Shown: positions 1 through 12,560 of the stretch, piece by piece
How positions within the stretch are numbered: position 1 is the stretch's first letter
How the letters are laid out: every line of letters begins with the position of its first letter
Assembly (NCBI RefSeq): GCF_009914755.1
Contig: NC_060934.1
DNA length: 64,000 bases
Reading direction: 5' to 3' (one strand)
DNA from: the human T2T-CHM13v2.0 reference genome, Homo sapiens
The notes under the pieces: generated by a model
Told to the model about the DNA's origin: nothing
The model's input: the letters and a program-made list of their open reading frames with translations, nothing else
The model's database searches: none
Made by a program: the position numbers and the translations under genes

Positions 1-242
1 GCCTGTGCCGTGTAAGTGGATACAGCCTCGGGTTTCACTGCACGCTCCCTCCTCTCTGGCTAGTTTGGGGCCCTGTCCTTGGGGCATTAGGGGCATGAAA
101 TGCCTGCAGACCCACGGGTGATGCCTTTTAGAGAGTGGGTGAAGAGAAGTGGGAAGCACAGCCCCAGTGCTCACCCCAGGGGGCCGGAGGGAGCAGGATC
201 TGTGTGTTCACCCCACAGTGGCTCCAGAGAACATGGGCGGCT

Positions 243-556
243 GTCCTGCCCGGCACTCAGTGAGGGGCTGCCAAGGTCGGCTTCAGGGAACAGTCAATCA
301 ACACATCTACTGGGGACAGGAGGAGGGAGGGAAGGGGAGAAGAGGGCGTGAAGAGCCTTTTTCTGGCCTGGTCCTGCCCGGCACTCAGCGAGGGGCTGCC
401 AAGGTCAGCTTGAGGGAACAGTCAATCAACACATCTATTGGCGACAGGAGGAGGGAGGGAAGGGGAGAGGAGGGAGGGAAGGGGAGAGAAGGGCTTGAAG
501 AGTGGCCCTGGAGTCAGAGAGCACCTTCCTCTGGCCTGGTCCTGCCGGACACTCAC
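243..556. repeat. 128-bp tandem duplication (2 copies plus partial third)
   Basis: gtcctgcccggcactcag...gggaacagtcaatcaacacatcta...ggaggagggagggaaggggaga starts at 243 and again at 371; partial third copy near 527-556. Confidence 0.9.
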
Positions 557-659
557 CCCTGGCGGAAATGGAATGGATCCTTGTGGTCTTGGCAGGTATT
601 TTATTGGCCTAGATTTTCTGTATGTTTTGGTTTTTACCTCCTGTGGAACGGAACCCTTA

Positions 660-715
660 ATTAATTCATTTGTTTAGTCACTCATTCAGCAAATGTTTGT
701 CAGGATCTTTGAGGC
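660..715 (-). mobile_element. L2 3'-end remnant
   Basis: ttcatttgtttagtcactcattcagcaaatgttt resembles the (ATTC)n-CAACAAATATTT end of L2. Confidence 0.45.
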
Positions 716-2477
716 AGAAACTGTATGTCACCCCCATGGTCTGTGCCCAGTCACTGTGGGAACATCCTGGGACATGGGGGGAGAGCAGTGTCACCCGCAG
801 CTCCCTGCCGGAGACCCTGCCCCATTGCTGGGAGCACCGCGTCCTCGCAGCCCGGGCCAGCACCATCTCTGAATGCTATCAGACACCAGGTGGCTCATAA
901 CATTGGGAAATGACTGTTTTAATCATTAATTACCAAATAAATGTCACTGTGCTGGTACAATATATGCGGTGATTTCTGTCATAAATTGACATCTGTAAGT
1001 CATAAATTGCTTAGTTTTAGCTGCTTTTAATGTCTGAATTTTCCCAAGCTACATGGTGCACACATTTTGGATCAAGTTCAAACTCTTCTGGCACCGGGTG
1101 CCTTCTGGGAACTGGCATGGACGAGGCAGGCAGCGGATTCTGACGGCGTCAGCAGCGCGAGAGGCACCCGACCTCTCACTAAAACGTTTGGCCTGCTCCC
1201 AGGAAGAGGCTTCCATGGAAAGCCAGAAGACCCTTTAATCAGAGAAGATTCTAGCCGGTCTCAAAGGAAGGATGCAGTTTGCGCCGTCGAAAATGGAAAT
1301 CAAAGGAACGCGATGCTCTAACGGACTCGAGGAGGCCGGCTCCGTCTTGGCATTGTTCAGAAACATCCCGGCTTCTTCTCTGTTTGATTTCCAACAGGTT
1401 ATTCCCAGAGGAACCACAGTCCTTTCTACCCAGAAGCCTAAAAATACATGCTTTTGAGAGCACTGCCAGAGTAGGTTAAGAATAAAGAAGGCGTTTGGAG
1501 CGCAGGCAGAAGACACTTGTGCTCTTCTAAGCGCAGCGACCGTGGCAGGAATAACGAGCTACAGAGGCCACACCCGCACACGGGAAACGCATTTCCCATC
1601 GCCCCAAACACAAACCCTGCACCTCTGGCCTGTAAAGGAAGTCCAGGCTCACTTAGAACCGGTAGAATTCTAAAATTACACAAATCAGCAGAGGAGGCCT
1701 GTAAACCGGAGTCCAGAAAGTCGGCTGGTGGAGGCTGTGCAGGGTTGGAACCTGCCCCCAGCGCTCAGCTCTGCTCCGTCCTCTCAGGGGGCCTGGGTCC
1801 CACAGCCCAGGGCAGAGACAGAATCTGGGGTCTGAGTCCCCCTGGGTCCCCCAGGCTCATCTCAGCGGCCCTATTTCTCTTTCCCCACCCATCTGCAGGG
1901 CAGGCCCTGGTTCTGTCTCCGGGTGGCCTGTGCCCTAGGCTCTGGGCTTCTTACTCAGCTACTCAGCTCTCCAGCATCCACCCAGCCAGGGGCAGGGGTG
2001 GGCCTGTGGCTTCCTCATCCCTGGCTGTTTTCGTGGGGCTCCCAGTCCTTCCCTGGCCCATGGAATCATCTCCTAGGATTAAATTCCCTCTGGTTTAAAC
2101 GCACAGAGTCATTTTGTTCTCACGGTTGGGCTGTCACAGAACCATCAATGAATGCTGTCTCTTCCCTGGTGTATGCTGGAGATTAAAACTTCACTTAAAA
2201 ACACACCAAGAACCTCTGCCCCGGTCTCCACTGTCCCCCAGCCAGCATCCCCCCAAGTTCTGCTGGTGACGCTGAAGCACAACTTTCTTCCCCCGGGGGA
2301 GGTGACTTCAGGGCACAGATGGCTTCCCTTCATTCTCCTGCTTTCCCCACAGCCCCCAACGGTACTTCAGTTATTGTGGGCATCAGTAGGTCCTTTCCGA
2401 TTTCAAGCAACATGTGTGTCCTGGGCCTGTTTTGCCTCTTATTTCTAGGATAGCTTTGTTTACACTACTAAAAAGGT

Positions 2478-3146
2478 ATTTTTAAACATTTAACTTCAAC
2501 TTTTCTTGTGGGTTCAGGAGGTACGTGTGCAGGTTGTTACCGGGGTATACTGTGTGACGCTGAGGTTTGGGATATGAACGATCTCGTGCCCCAGGTAGTG
2601 AGCATAGAACCCAATAGTTTTTCAACCCTGTCCCCCTGCCCCCTCCCAGGGTCCATTGCTCCCATCTTTATATCCGTGAGTATCCAATGTTTACCTCCCA
2701 CTTACGGATCAGAACATGCACTATTTGTTTTTCTGTTTCTGCATTAATTTTCTTAGGATAATGGCCTCTAGAGGCATCCATGTTTTGGCAAAGGACACGA
2801 TTTCATTCTTTTTGTATGGCTGCATAGTGTTCCATGGTGTCAATGTGCCACATTTTCTTTATCCAGTTCACCGCTCATGGACACCTAGGCTGATTCCATA
2901 TCTTTGCTGTTGTGAATGAACACGGGACTGCATGTTGCCTTTGTGGTAGGATGATTTACTTTCTTTCGGATATATATCCCAGTAATCGGACAGCTGACTC
3001 AAATGGCAGTTGTCTTAAGTTCCTTGAGAAATCTCCAAATTGCTTCCCACAGTGGCTGAGCGAATTTACATTTCTACCAACAGCGAATAAGTGTTCCCTT
3101 TTCTCTGCAACCTCACAAGCATCTTATTTTTTGACTTTTTAATAAT
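2478..3146 (-). mobile_element. Old primate L1 3' end (L1PA13-16/L1PB-like)
   Basis: T-rich tail, then gtacgtgtgcaggttgttac...caggtagtgagcatag...ggctgcatagtgttccatggtg...ttttgactttttaataat: reverse L1 3'UTR and ORF2 end. Confidence 0.9.
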
Positions 3147-3212
3147 TGAAAAGGCATATATCTTAAATACAATTTGAAGCTCAATCATCCTTCGTAAGAG
3201 AAGTGGGGGCTA

Positions 3213-3819
<607 letters not shown>

Positions 3820-4237
3820 TTAGGGTCTGGAATCCTTCAATTCCTCACACTGTTTAATATGATGCTCAAGTGACGAAATTCCCAGGATGAGGGGGCACCT
3901 TCCCGTGGCTGGGAAACGAGGACACGGCTTCAGGGCTCCATGGCTTCCTTTCCTCTTCACCCCACCAAGAGCACCTTCAAAGAAAGCCTTCCTCTCAAAC
4001 AAAAAGTCTTTTTTTTTTTTTAAATTTCTTTACTGGGGGACAAATCCCTTTGCTTGAGGGGGTTCTATAAGAGGAAGGGGATAGATGCATTGTGTAGGAA
4101 ATCTTGGATTTGTGTTTCCACTTTTCTTGGTGAAGCAATTCCCAACTCTACCCTGTGCCGATTCCAGAGTCCTGCCAGCAAAAATGCTCTACGTCTTCCT
4201 CCTTGTCTCTAAATATTCCCTTCCCTCTTACTCCCTG

Positions 4238-4340
4238 CTGGTGCTTCGCAAACTTTGCTGTGCATTCAAATCACCTGGGATCTTATTAACTGGAGATTTC
4301 GACTCCATGGTCTGGGGAGGGCCTGAGCATTTGCTTTTTT
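4238..4340. mobile_element. MER5 (hAT-Charlie) fragment
   Basis: gtgcttcgcaaacttt...aatcacctgggatcttattaa...ggtctggggagggcctgagcatttgc matches recalled MER5A/B consensus. Confidence 0.7.
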
Positions 4341-4864
4341 CTGTCTCTTTTGCAGCTGTCGAGGATGCCCTGATGTCTGTTCTCACATCACATTGCGCTC
4401 CAAGTACCCCGGCTGCAACCAGAGCTCAGCAAACCGGGACCAGAGGGCACATCCACCCTGCCTGCCCATGTCAACAGAGTTGTGTGGGAGCCAGCCGGCC
4501 CCCAGGAAGACCCCAGATCTTCCTGCCCCTGACCACAGCTCTGTCCCTGGAAGCATATGCTGCAGACACTTGCTCTGCTGCAGATTTTCTGCACAACCCC
4601 TCCTCATGGGGGAAGGTTTGGTACCTGAATGAGGCCTCTTTTGACCTCTATTCCTATCACTATTTTTGGTGACCTCAATATTTATGAAGGTAATAACTTG
4701 GTCTTTAATCCAGACAATTTTCACCTCCAGGAATCTTGTCCTGCATCTCACTTTTCTTCTTGAGTCCTGTGGTCATCACCAAAACCTGTCCCTCCTTGGA
4801 AACCTCAGTTTAAGCATCCCACTGTCCGAGGGTACCTCTTTCCTTCCATTGCCTCAGTTTCAGG

Positions 4865-4981
4865 TGTCCAGTCCATGGCGCCCCCGTCTTTGCCCAGTCA
4901 CCATGTCCAGTCGACTGTGCTCCCATCTTTACCCAGCCACTGTGTCCAGTCCATGGTGCCCCCATCTTTGCCCAGCCACCA
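4865..4981. repeat. 39-bp tandem repeat x3
   Basis: tgtccagtc... units start at 4865, 4904, 4943. Confidence 0.9.
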
Positions 4982-5052
4982 CCTCTTGTCTGACTCCCCG
5001 TCCTCCCCTTGGTGCTGGGCTCCTGCCTGTCCCTCCTCTGTCAAGTGCACCT

Positions 5053-5086
5053 GGACCTGGGAGTGACCTTGGAGTGACCTTGACCC
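5053..5086 (-). promoter_or_regulatory. Candidate nuclear-receptor element (DR5 + DR0, NR5A/ERR sites)
   Basis: GGACCT-n5-TGACCT-n5-TGACCT-TGACCC; motif only, no activity evidence. Confidence 0.4.
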
Positions 5087-5367
5087 TGGCAGCTCCAACT
5101 CTCAACCCGTCAGCCAGGCTCCTTGAAACCTGGCTGGAGGGAAACGGCAAACCCTGCCACCTGGAGTCGCCTAAAATTCGCAGCCACGGTCCTCCAACAG
5201 GCCCCACGCTTCCCGCCAGTCCAGCACATTTCCTGGTTAATTTATAATTCTGTTTTCCCAGGCAGCTATTTTGCAATTTCCAGGCTCAACAAAGCCTCCA
5301 ACAGTTCTTCACCTTCCTAATTCCGAGCTGTTGCCCACATTTGTTTATTTTATCAAAAGAACTTCCG

Positions 5368-5723
5368 GGCCGGGTGCAGTGGCTCACACCTGTAATCCCA
5401 GCACTTTGGGAGGCCCAGGCGGGTGGATCACCTGAGGCCAGGTGTTCGAGACCAGCCTGACCAACATGGTGAAACCCCATCTCTAATACAAAATACACAC
5501 ACAAAAAATTAGCTGGGGGTAGTGGTGGGCATCTGTAATCCCAGGTACTCTGGAGGCTGAGACATGAGAATCGTTTGAACCCGGGAGGCGGAGGTTGCGG
5601 TGAGCTGAGGTTGCGGTGAGCTGAGGTTGCGGTGAGCTGAGATTGCGCCACTGCACTCCAGCCTGCACAGCAGAGGGAGACCCTATCTAAAAACAAAACA
5701 AAACAAAACAAAACAAAACAAAA
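5368..5723 (+). mobile_element. AluS with internal 16-bp triplication
   Basis: Dimeric Alu; gaggttgcggtgagct x3 at 5591-5638; (AAAAC)n tail. Confidence 0.97.
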
Positions 5724-5959
5724 TCCATGTTCTTCCAGCATCTGTGGCTGCCACATTCCCTGCCCTCCTTTTAAAGCAGCTGCAAGCAGCTGAGTTCCCA
5801 GCCTCAGTGGCATCACCCCAGGCCCAGCAGCGAGCGTGGCTTCCACGCTTTTCATGGAGCAAAGAAGAAAGGAGCTTCCTGGACCCTGTGACTCTGGAAC
5901 CCTCACGTCTCTATCCTTCCCACCCCCAGGCTGTGCCTGGGCACCGTCTCCCCGGAGAG

Positions 5960-6550
5960 ACCCCGCGTGCCCCATCTAAATCTGCATCCCACCTCTGCCC
6001 CCCTCCATGGGTGCTCAGACCCCGCATGCTCCATCTAAATCCACATCCCACCTCTGTCCCCCCTCCGTGGGTGCTCAGCCCCCACGCACCCCATCTAAAT
6101 CCGCATCCCACCTCTGTCCCATTCTGTGGGTGCTCAGCCCCCGCATGCTCCATCTAAACTCGAATCCCACCTCTGCCCCCCTCCGTGGGTGCTCAGCACC
6201 CCCATGCCCCATCTAAACTCGAATCCCACCTCTGCCCCCCTCCATGGGTGCTCAGCCCCCGCATGCTCCATCTAAACTCGAATCCCACCTCTGCCCCCCT
6301 CCATGGGTGCTCAGCCCCCGCATGCTCCATCTAAACTCGAATCCCACCTCTGCCCCCCTCCGTGGGTGCTCAGCCCCCCCGTGCCCCATCTAAATCCACA
6401 TCCCACCTCTGCCCCTTTCTGTGGGTGCTCAGCCCCCGCATGCTCCATCTAAACTCGAATCCCACCTCTGCCCCACTCCGTGGGTGCTCAGCCCCCACAT
6501 GCTCCATCTAAACTCGAATCCCACCTCTGCGCCCCTCCATGGGTGCTCAG
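5960..6550. repeat. 59-bp minisatellite, ~10 copies
   Basis: Unit ccatctaaactcgaatcccacctctgcccccctccatgggtgctcagcccccgcatgct; catctaaa recurs at 5973, 6032, 6092, 6151, 6210, 6269... Confidence 0.97.
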
Positions 6551-8145
6551 CTTGCCTTATTTTTCTTCAGAGCCATGACCACTTCCCAGCATAACATGCA
6601 CGTGTTTCTGTTTTATGCATGGATGTTTATGTTCCATGAGAACCAACAGTGGGCTGGTTTGTTCACGTTTGGACTCAAAGCCTGGCACATGTACATCTGG
6701 TGTCTGTGTCTGGCACTGCTTTTGAGGCTTGGGAAAGGCGGATAAAGTCTCTCAATCGCATCCCCAGTGCTGAGACAGTCCACGTACACATCCACATGAG
6801 GCTTTAAGACACTGATGCACTTCAGCTGCAGGGACTGTCAAATCCAAGCTCAGGAGAGAATGATGTGGTTTCCAAGATAAATGCCAGATACTTGCTTCTC
6901 CCCACCCAGGACTCTGCTGCTTTTATGGAAATACACATTGCTGTGGGAGAGGAAAGAGGGCTGAACAGATCATGTTGCAGTGTGGATATGGGTTTTGGCT
7001 GATAAGGGCTGTGATCGCTGGCTCTTGGAGCTGTCCCCGACAAGGTGTCAAGGGTCCTGAGATGCTAAAGTGCGTGGTGAGGTCGGAGTCTCTCTAAGAT
7101 CCTGCAAGTGACACGGGTCACATTCCCTGGGGAGGGTCCTCCAGAGGCTGGTCCACTGGGTGGACGCCTGTGCCCCCGAGATAGGGGACTTCTCTTCCAC
7201 CACTGGCCTGGCTCAAAGGACAGATGCCCTCTGGAGATGTGGCACTTAAGCTACCGTGACAGGGGATGGGTGCTGACAAGCAGATCCTAGTTCAGATTTT
7301 GACACAAGACGGTCAGGAGGAGCCTGGGCCGGTGGGGGGTGGTGCTGAGGTCAGCGGTGGAGGAACAGGGCGAGAATCACACCAGAAAACAAATGCCTCG
7401 CTTAGCGACTCCACAGTCCTGCCCTCGGTTGACTGATGATTTTAGACATTTTAAGAAATTTCATAGGGTTTTCTGTAGATTTGACAGGTCTTTTCTTGTT
7501 GGAGCAGAAAGTAAAAATGATAGGACTAAGCAAGCAAAAACAGTTTATAAAGAGGAGCCCACGCTGCGGTGACATTCTCATCATCGCTAGAGATGGGCGG
7601 CTTCTCAGAGGCGTGTCCTCACCCTCGGGGGAGCAGCGGGCTTCTGATTGTTAAAGAACCCTGGGCTCCGCATCAGATCTGAGTGAGGAATCCCACTGCG
7701 TGGACGGCGGGTGAAAACTGTCAGTGTAAACAACCTATTTTCATATCTAGGACAAAGGTTAAGATGTGAGATTTTCGTCTTCCAAGGCCAACTTGGATTA
7801 CTTATCTAACAAATCCTAAGATTCCCAGACTAGTCGGCTCCCTAATGCATTTCTCTAAAAATTCCTGAAAAGAAAAGAGAGCCAAATGTTTGTGTTTTTC
7901 TGGACCCCCCAACTGAAGCCTGTTCCTGAAATGCAGCCTTGAAAAGAATAGGATCTACTTTCTCCCTTGTTCCTGCCAAGAGGTCAGGAGTGATTAATTA
8001 GAAACATTATTTGATCAAAACCACATTCGTTTTAGTAAAAAGCAGCAAGAGTTTAACAACTTCTTTCACCCATCACATGCAGCAGAAAATCAGACGAGAA
8101 GGATGCATTTCAATGACCCTGGTGCACCCTGGGTCATCACGAGGC

Positions 8146-8374
8146 GCACCCTGGGTCGTCACACACGCGTGAACACACGGGGGGCACCCTGGGTCGTCAC
8201 ACACGCGTGAACACACGGGGGGCACCCTGGGTCGTCACACACGCGTGAACACACGGGGGGCACCCTGGGTCGTCACACACGCGTGAACACACGGGGGGCA
8301 CCCTGGGTCGTCACACACGCGTGAACACACGGGGGGCACCCTGGGTCGTCACACACGCGTGAACACACGAGGGG
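8146..8374. repeat. 38-bp CpG-rich minisatellite, 6 near-identical copies
   Basis: acacacgcgtgaacacacggggggcaccctgggtcgtc; starts at 8161, 8199, 8237, 8275, 8313, 8351. Confidence 0.98.
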
Positions 8375-8794
8375 TGGGTTGGATTGGAGAGTTCTCCTCC
8401 AGCAAAGCTGGAGAGTCTGGCAGTCCTGGAAAGTCCAGGCAATTGTAAGACTGCAGTCAGGGAAGTCAGGATAGGCAGAAAAAGCCACACTCTTCGCCCA
8501 GGCAGGCAAGCAGGGTCAGGAGCCGAGGATGTCGGAGCAGACGCAGCCTCCCAGGGACTTGTGGACGGTCATCTGTCTACACCGAGCCCCAGACTGGGCA
8601 GCTGGCTGTTGCAGGGAGTTTGAAGACCTGCAGGAAACCCTTGCCTTTGAATAAGGTACACAGAGAGAAAATGTCCTCTCTTCCAAATACGTCTTGCCAA
8701 AATGCAGGGCAATCTTGCCTCTCTTTCTCCAGTGAGGGCCTCGTGTACTACAGACTTGGGTTTCTAAATACCTGACCTAGAGTTTCAGATCCTC

Positions 8795-9095
8795 ACTCAC
8801 CGTCCAACAGAAACGTAACGTGAGCCACAGGGGTACCACTAAATTTTCTAGATGCTCAGTAAAAAACACAAGTGAAACTAATTTTAATAATAAATTTTAT
8901 CATCCCAGTATGTCCAAAACATGATTATATCAACTTGTAATCAATATAAAGACATCAAGGAGATACTTGAAATTCATTTTTTCTTTGAAATGTGTTGTGT
9001 GTGGGTCACTGGCAGCCCCTCTCTCTCCAGACCTGCCCAGCTCTGAGTGTGTAATTGGCACGTGTGCCCTGGCTGCGGGACTGGATGTCATAGAC
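8795..9095. mobile_element. MER33 (hAT-Charlie) DNA transposon
   Basis: gtccaacagaaacgtaacgtgagccaca...aaattttctag...gtgaaactaattttaataat...tgtaatcaatataaa matches recalled MER33 consensus. Confidence 0.8.
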
Positions 9096-9204
9096 CCAGA
9101 CAACTTGTGCTTCAAATGCAAGGTACAGATACATGAATTTATTTTCATCAGTCCCAAACTTGCTCATTTCCTTGACTGCCTAGTTTTTTGGAATTGACTT
9201 CATA

Positions 9205-9345
9205 CAGCATTCAACATATTCTTCAACAACTATTTCCTGAGGGTTTATGATGGGCTCACCACTGTTTCAAGCACTGAAGATTTAACAAGACAAAACAAAA
9301 TGAACAAAAGACCAAATTAGACCCCTTCTCTGTTCACCCAGGCTG
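9205..9345 (-). mobile_element. L2 3'-end remnant
   Basis: ttcaacaactatttcctgag...cactgtttcaagcactgaagat...tgaacaaaagac. Confidence 0.6.
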
Positions 9346-10149
9346 AGAACCATATGATCATTTCGGAGCCTTTTCTTAATCCCAGATTTGGGGGAGTTGC
9401 CGGAACCTGCCAGTCCACCCCTCTCTCCACCTGGTCCCCCATGCACCTGCTGGGCCTGATCCTGGATGCTGATAAGAGCTTCCTAAATGAATCTCATGCA
9501 CCGTACCCTAGAACTCCCCCCAGGTGGAGGTCTGAGAGGCTCCTCCTGCCCGAAGACCTTCAGGGGCTCCTTGGCACTCAGGATCCTCCCGATGTGGCCT
9601 AGAGCCGCTTTCCCCAGCACCGCCACTCCCTCGGCAGCCACTTCATGCTCACTCCACTTCCCCTCTCCCACTCTTGCCCATGCAACCAGGATTGCCACAT
9701 CGTGTCTTTGCTCCTGATGCCTAGAAGCCCTGGAAATATGCAAATCAGATCCTGCTAAAATGCTTCTGTGAACTGCAGTCACCTCTGGGTGCAGCCCCAG
9801 CTTCCGAGCTCATCGCCTCCCAGGAGTGGTCCTGCCTCAGCCGGAACCCGTCTCCCTCTGGCCATTCACAGTGCGGTTCTCAGGGGCCCCCGCCACGTGT
9901 CCTCTCTTCTCAGGGACCCTTGGTTCTTCTGCCTGGAGCAGCCCCTCTCACCCCGCCCAACCCCCTCCCAAGCCCAGTCAGCTTTTGTTCACCTTGAGCA
10001 TTCACCTCCGGGCCCCTAGATCTGGCCATTCTCCTGTGAGCATGTTCGGCTCATGCTGCCAATCCATGTCCCTCCCAGCCCTCATCACATGAGGCCCTCA
10101 TCACTTGTGCAGCTGCCGTTTCTTTCTGGCAGGGTCAAAAGTCGCAGGA

Positions 10150-10705
10150 CAAAGAGGTTAGGATCGGGGCTCTGCCATCAGACCCTCCTAGTTACGAGCC
10201 TCACTCCATCACTGGGAGAAAAGGTTCCCAGCATTTCTGAACCTGCTCCTCAAGTGTCAGACAACAAAATCTAGCCTGTCAGGTATATGCGGTGCAGTCA
10301 TGAGCTGTCTCCCTGGAACTGGCTCAGTACATGCCAGTTACGATCTGTAATCGCTCATTTATCTCCAGCACCTGTGATAAGGCCTAGCATATAGTAGGTG
10401 CTATTGAATATTCCTAAAAAGGAGAATGACACCCCCCTGGTTGGAATACTTCCTGGAGGCTGGCCCTCGGCATTGGGCTAGACCTGAATTCAAATCATGG
10501 TTCTGCCAGTTACCAGCCTGCCATGATGGGCAGGCCACTTCACTTCTTTGCCTCACGTTCTTCAGTAGGACAGCCAAGGTCAGGCCTTTGCCCTTGCAGG
10601 GGTGTGGGGAGGCCACTGCATGGGCTGGAGACAATGCAGGTGACAGTGGTGTCCCTCATGGCAGAGACTCAAGAAATATGATTGAAGTTGTTATTACTAT
10701 TCTTC
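10150..10705 (+). mobile_element. Cluster of MIR/L2 remnants
   Basis: agacctgaattcaaatc...ttctgccagttacc...cacttcacttctttgcctca (MIR core); gcatatagtaggtgct (L2/MIR end). Confidence 0.55.
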
Positions 10706-10779
10706 CTCTTCTTCAATTGCTCCTTCAACAAATGTTTCCTTAATCTCTCAGCCAGAAAGAAGCACTTCTCATGCTGAGC

Positions 10780-11210
10780 TCCCGCACCCTGTGGCACTGT
10801 CTGTGGTGAGAACGTCATTCACTTAAGGTGCTGACTTGAGTCCCTGTGTCCTCCGCACGTGACCTCCTGAACCCTTTGAGCTGTCCAGGGTGAGAACGTG
10901 GTCTCCCTAAGGTGCTGACGTGAGTCCCTGTGTCCTCCACATGTGACCTCCCACACCCTTTGAGCTGTCCAGGGTGAGAACGTGGTCCCTCTAAGGTGCT
11001 GACCTCTGTCCCTGCGACTCCCCAGGTGACCTCCCGCTCCCTTTAGAGCTGTCCATGGTGAGAACGTGGTCCCCCTAAGGTGCGGACGTGTATCCCTGCA
11101 TCCTCCCCACAAGATCTCCCACACCCTTTAGATCTGCCTATGGTGAGAACGTGGTTGCTCTAAGGTGCTCATGTGTGTCCCTGCGTCCCCCTCATATGAC
11201 CTCCTGCGTC
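10780..11210. repeat. 84-bp diverged minisatellite, ~5 copies
   Basis: ggtgagaacg at 10805, 10889, 10973, 11057, 11142. Confidence 0.93.
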
Positions 11211-11640
11211 CATCTCCCACATCAGATGCTTGCTGCTGGCTATAGCTTAGCTTAATCATCTTATCCTCCTTGGCCACTTAATTATTAAGAGGCCACTGAT
11301 GAAATTTTGTTGGATGAATATAAGGCCACTACTATAATTGCGCCAGTTTATGGAACAAACAGAAGGCTGACTTGAGGAAGAGAGAGCACTCCCTGTCTCT
11401 ATAGGACATTTCATTTTACTTTTTTTTTTATTATTATTATACTTTAAGTTTTAGGGTACATGTGCACAATGTGCAGGTCAGTTACATATGTATACATGTG
11501 CCATGCTGGTGCACTGCACCCACTAACTCGTCATCTAGCATTAGGTATATCTCCCAGTGCTATCCCTCCCCCCTCCCCCCACCCCACAACAGTCCCCAGA
11601 GTGTGATGTTCCCCTTCCTGTGTCCATGTGTTCTCATTGT

Positions 11641-12012
11641 TCAATTCCTACCTATGAGTGAGAATATGCGGTGTTTGGTTTTTTGTTCTTGCGATAGTTT
11701 ACTGAGAATGATGATTTCCAATTTCATCCATGTCCCTACAAAGGACATGAACTCATCATTTTTTATGGCTGCATAGTATTCCATGGTGTATATGTGCCAC
11801 ATTTTCTTAATCCAGTCTATCATTGTTGGACATTTGGGTTGGTTCCAAGTCTTTGCTATTGTGAATAATGCCGCAATAAACATACGTGTGCAGGTGTCTT
11901 TATAGCAACATGATTTATAGTCCATTGGGTATATACCCAGTAATAGGATGGCTGGGTCAAATGGTATTTCTAGTTCTAGATCCCTGAGGAATCGCCACAC
12001 TGACTTCCACAA
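11641..12012 (-). pseudogene. L1 ORF2p C-terminal fragment
   Basis: WKSVWRFLRDLELEIPFDPAI...KHRIFSLIGRN* matches the ORF2p C-terminus. Confidence 0.9.
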
Positions 12013-12048
12013 TGGTTGAACTAGCTTACAGTCCCACCAACAGTGTAA

Positions 12049-12560
<512 letters not shown>

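Noticed and set aside
8146-8374. CRISPR-like appearance of regular 38-bp repeats (also the 59- and 63-bp arrays)
   Set aside because: Head-to-tail units with no unique spacers, no cas genes, primate DNA
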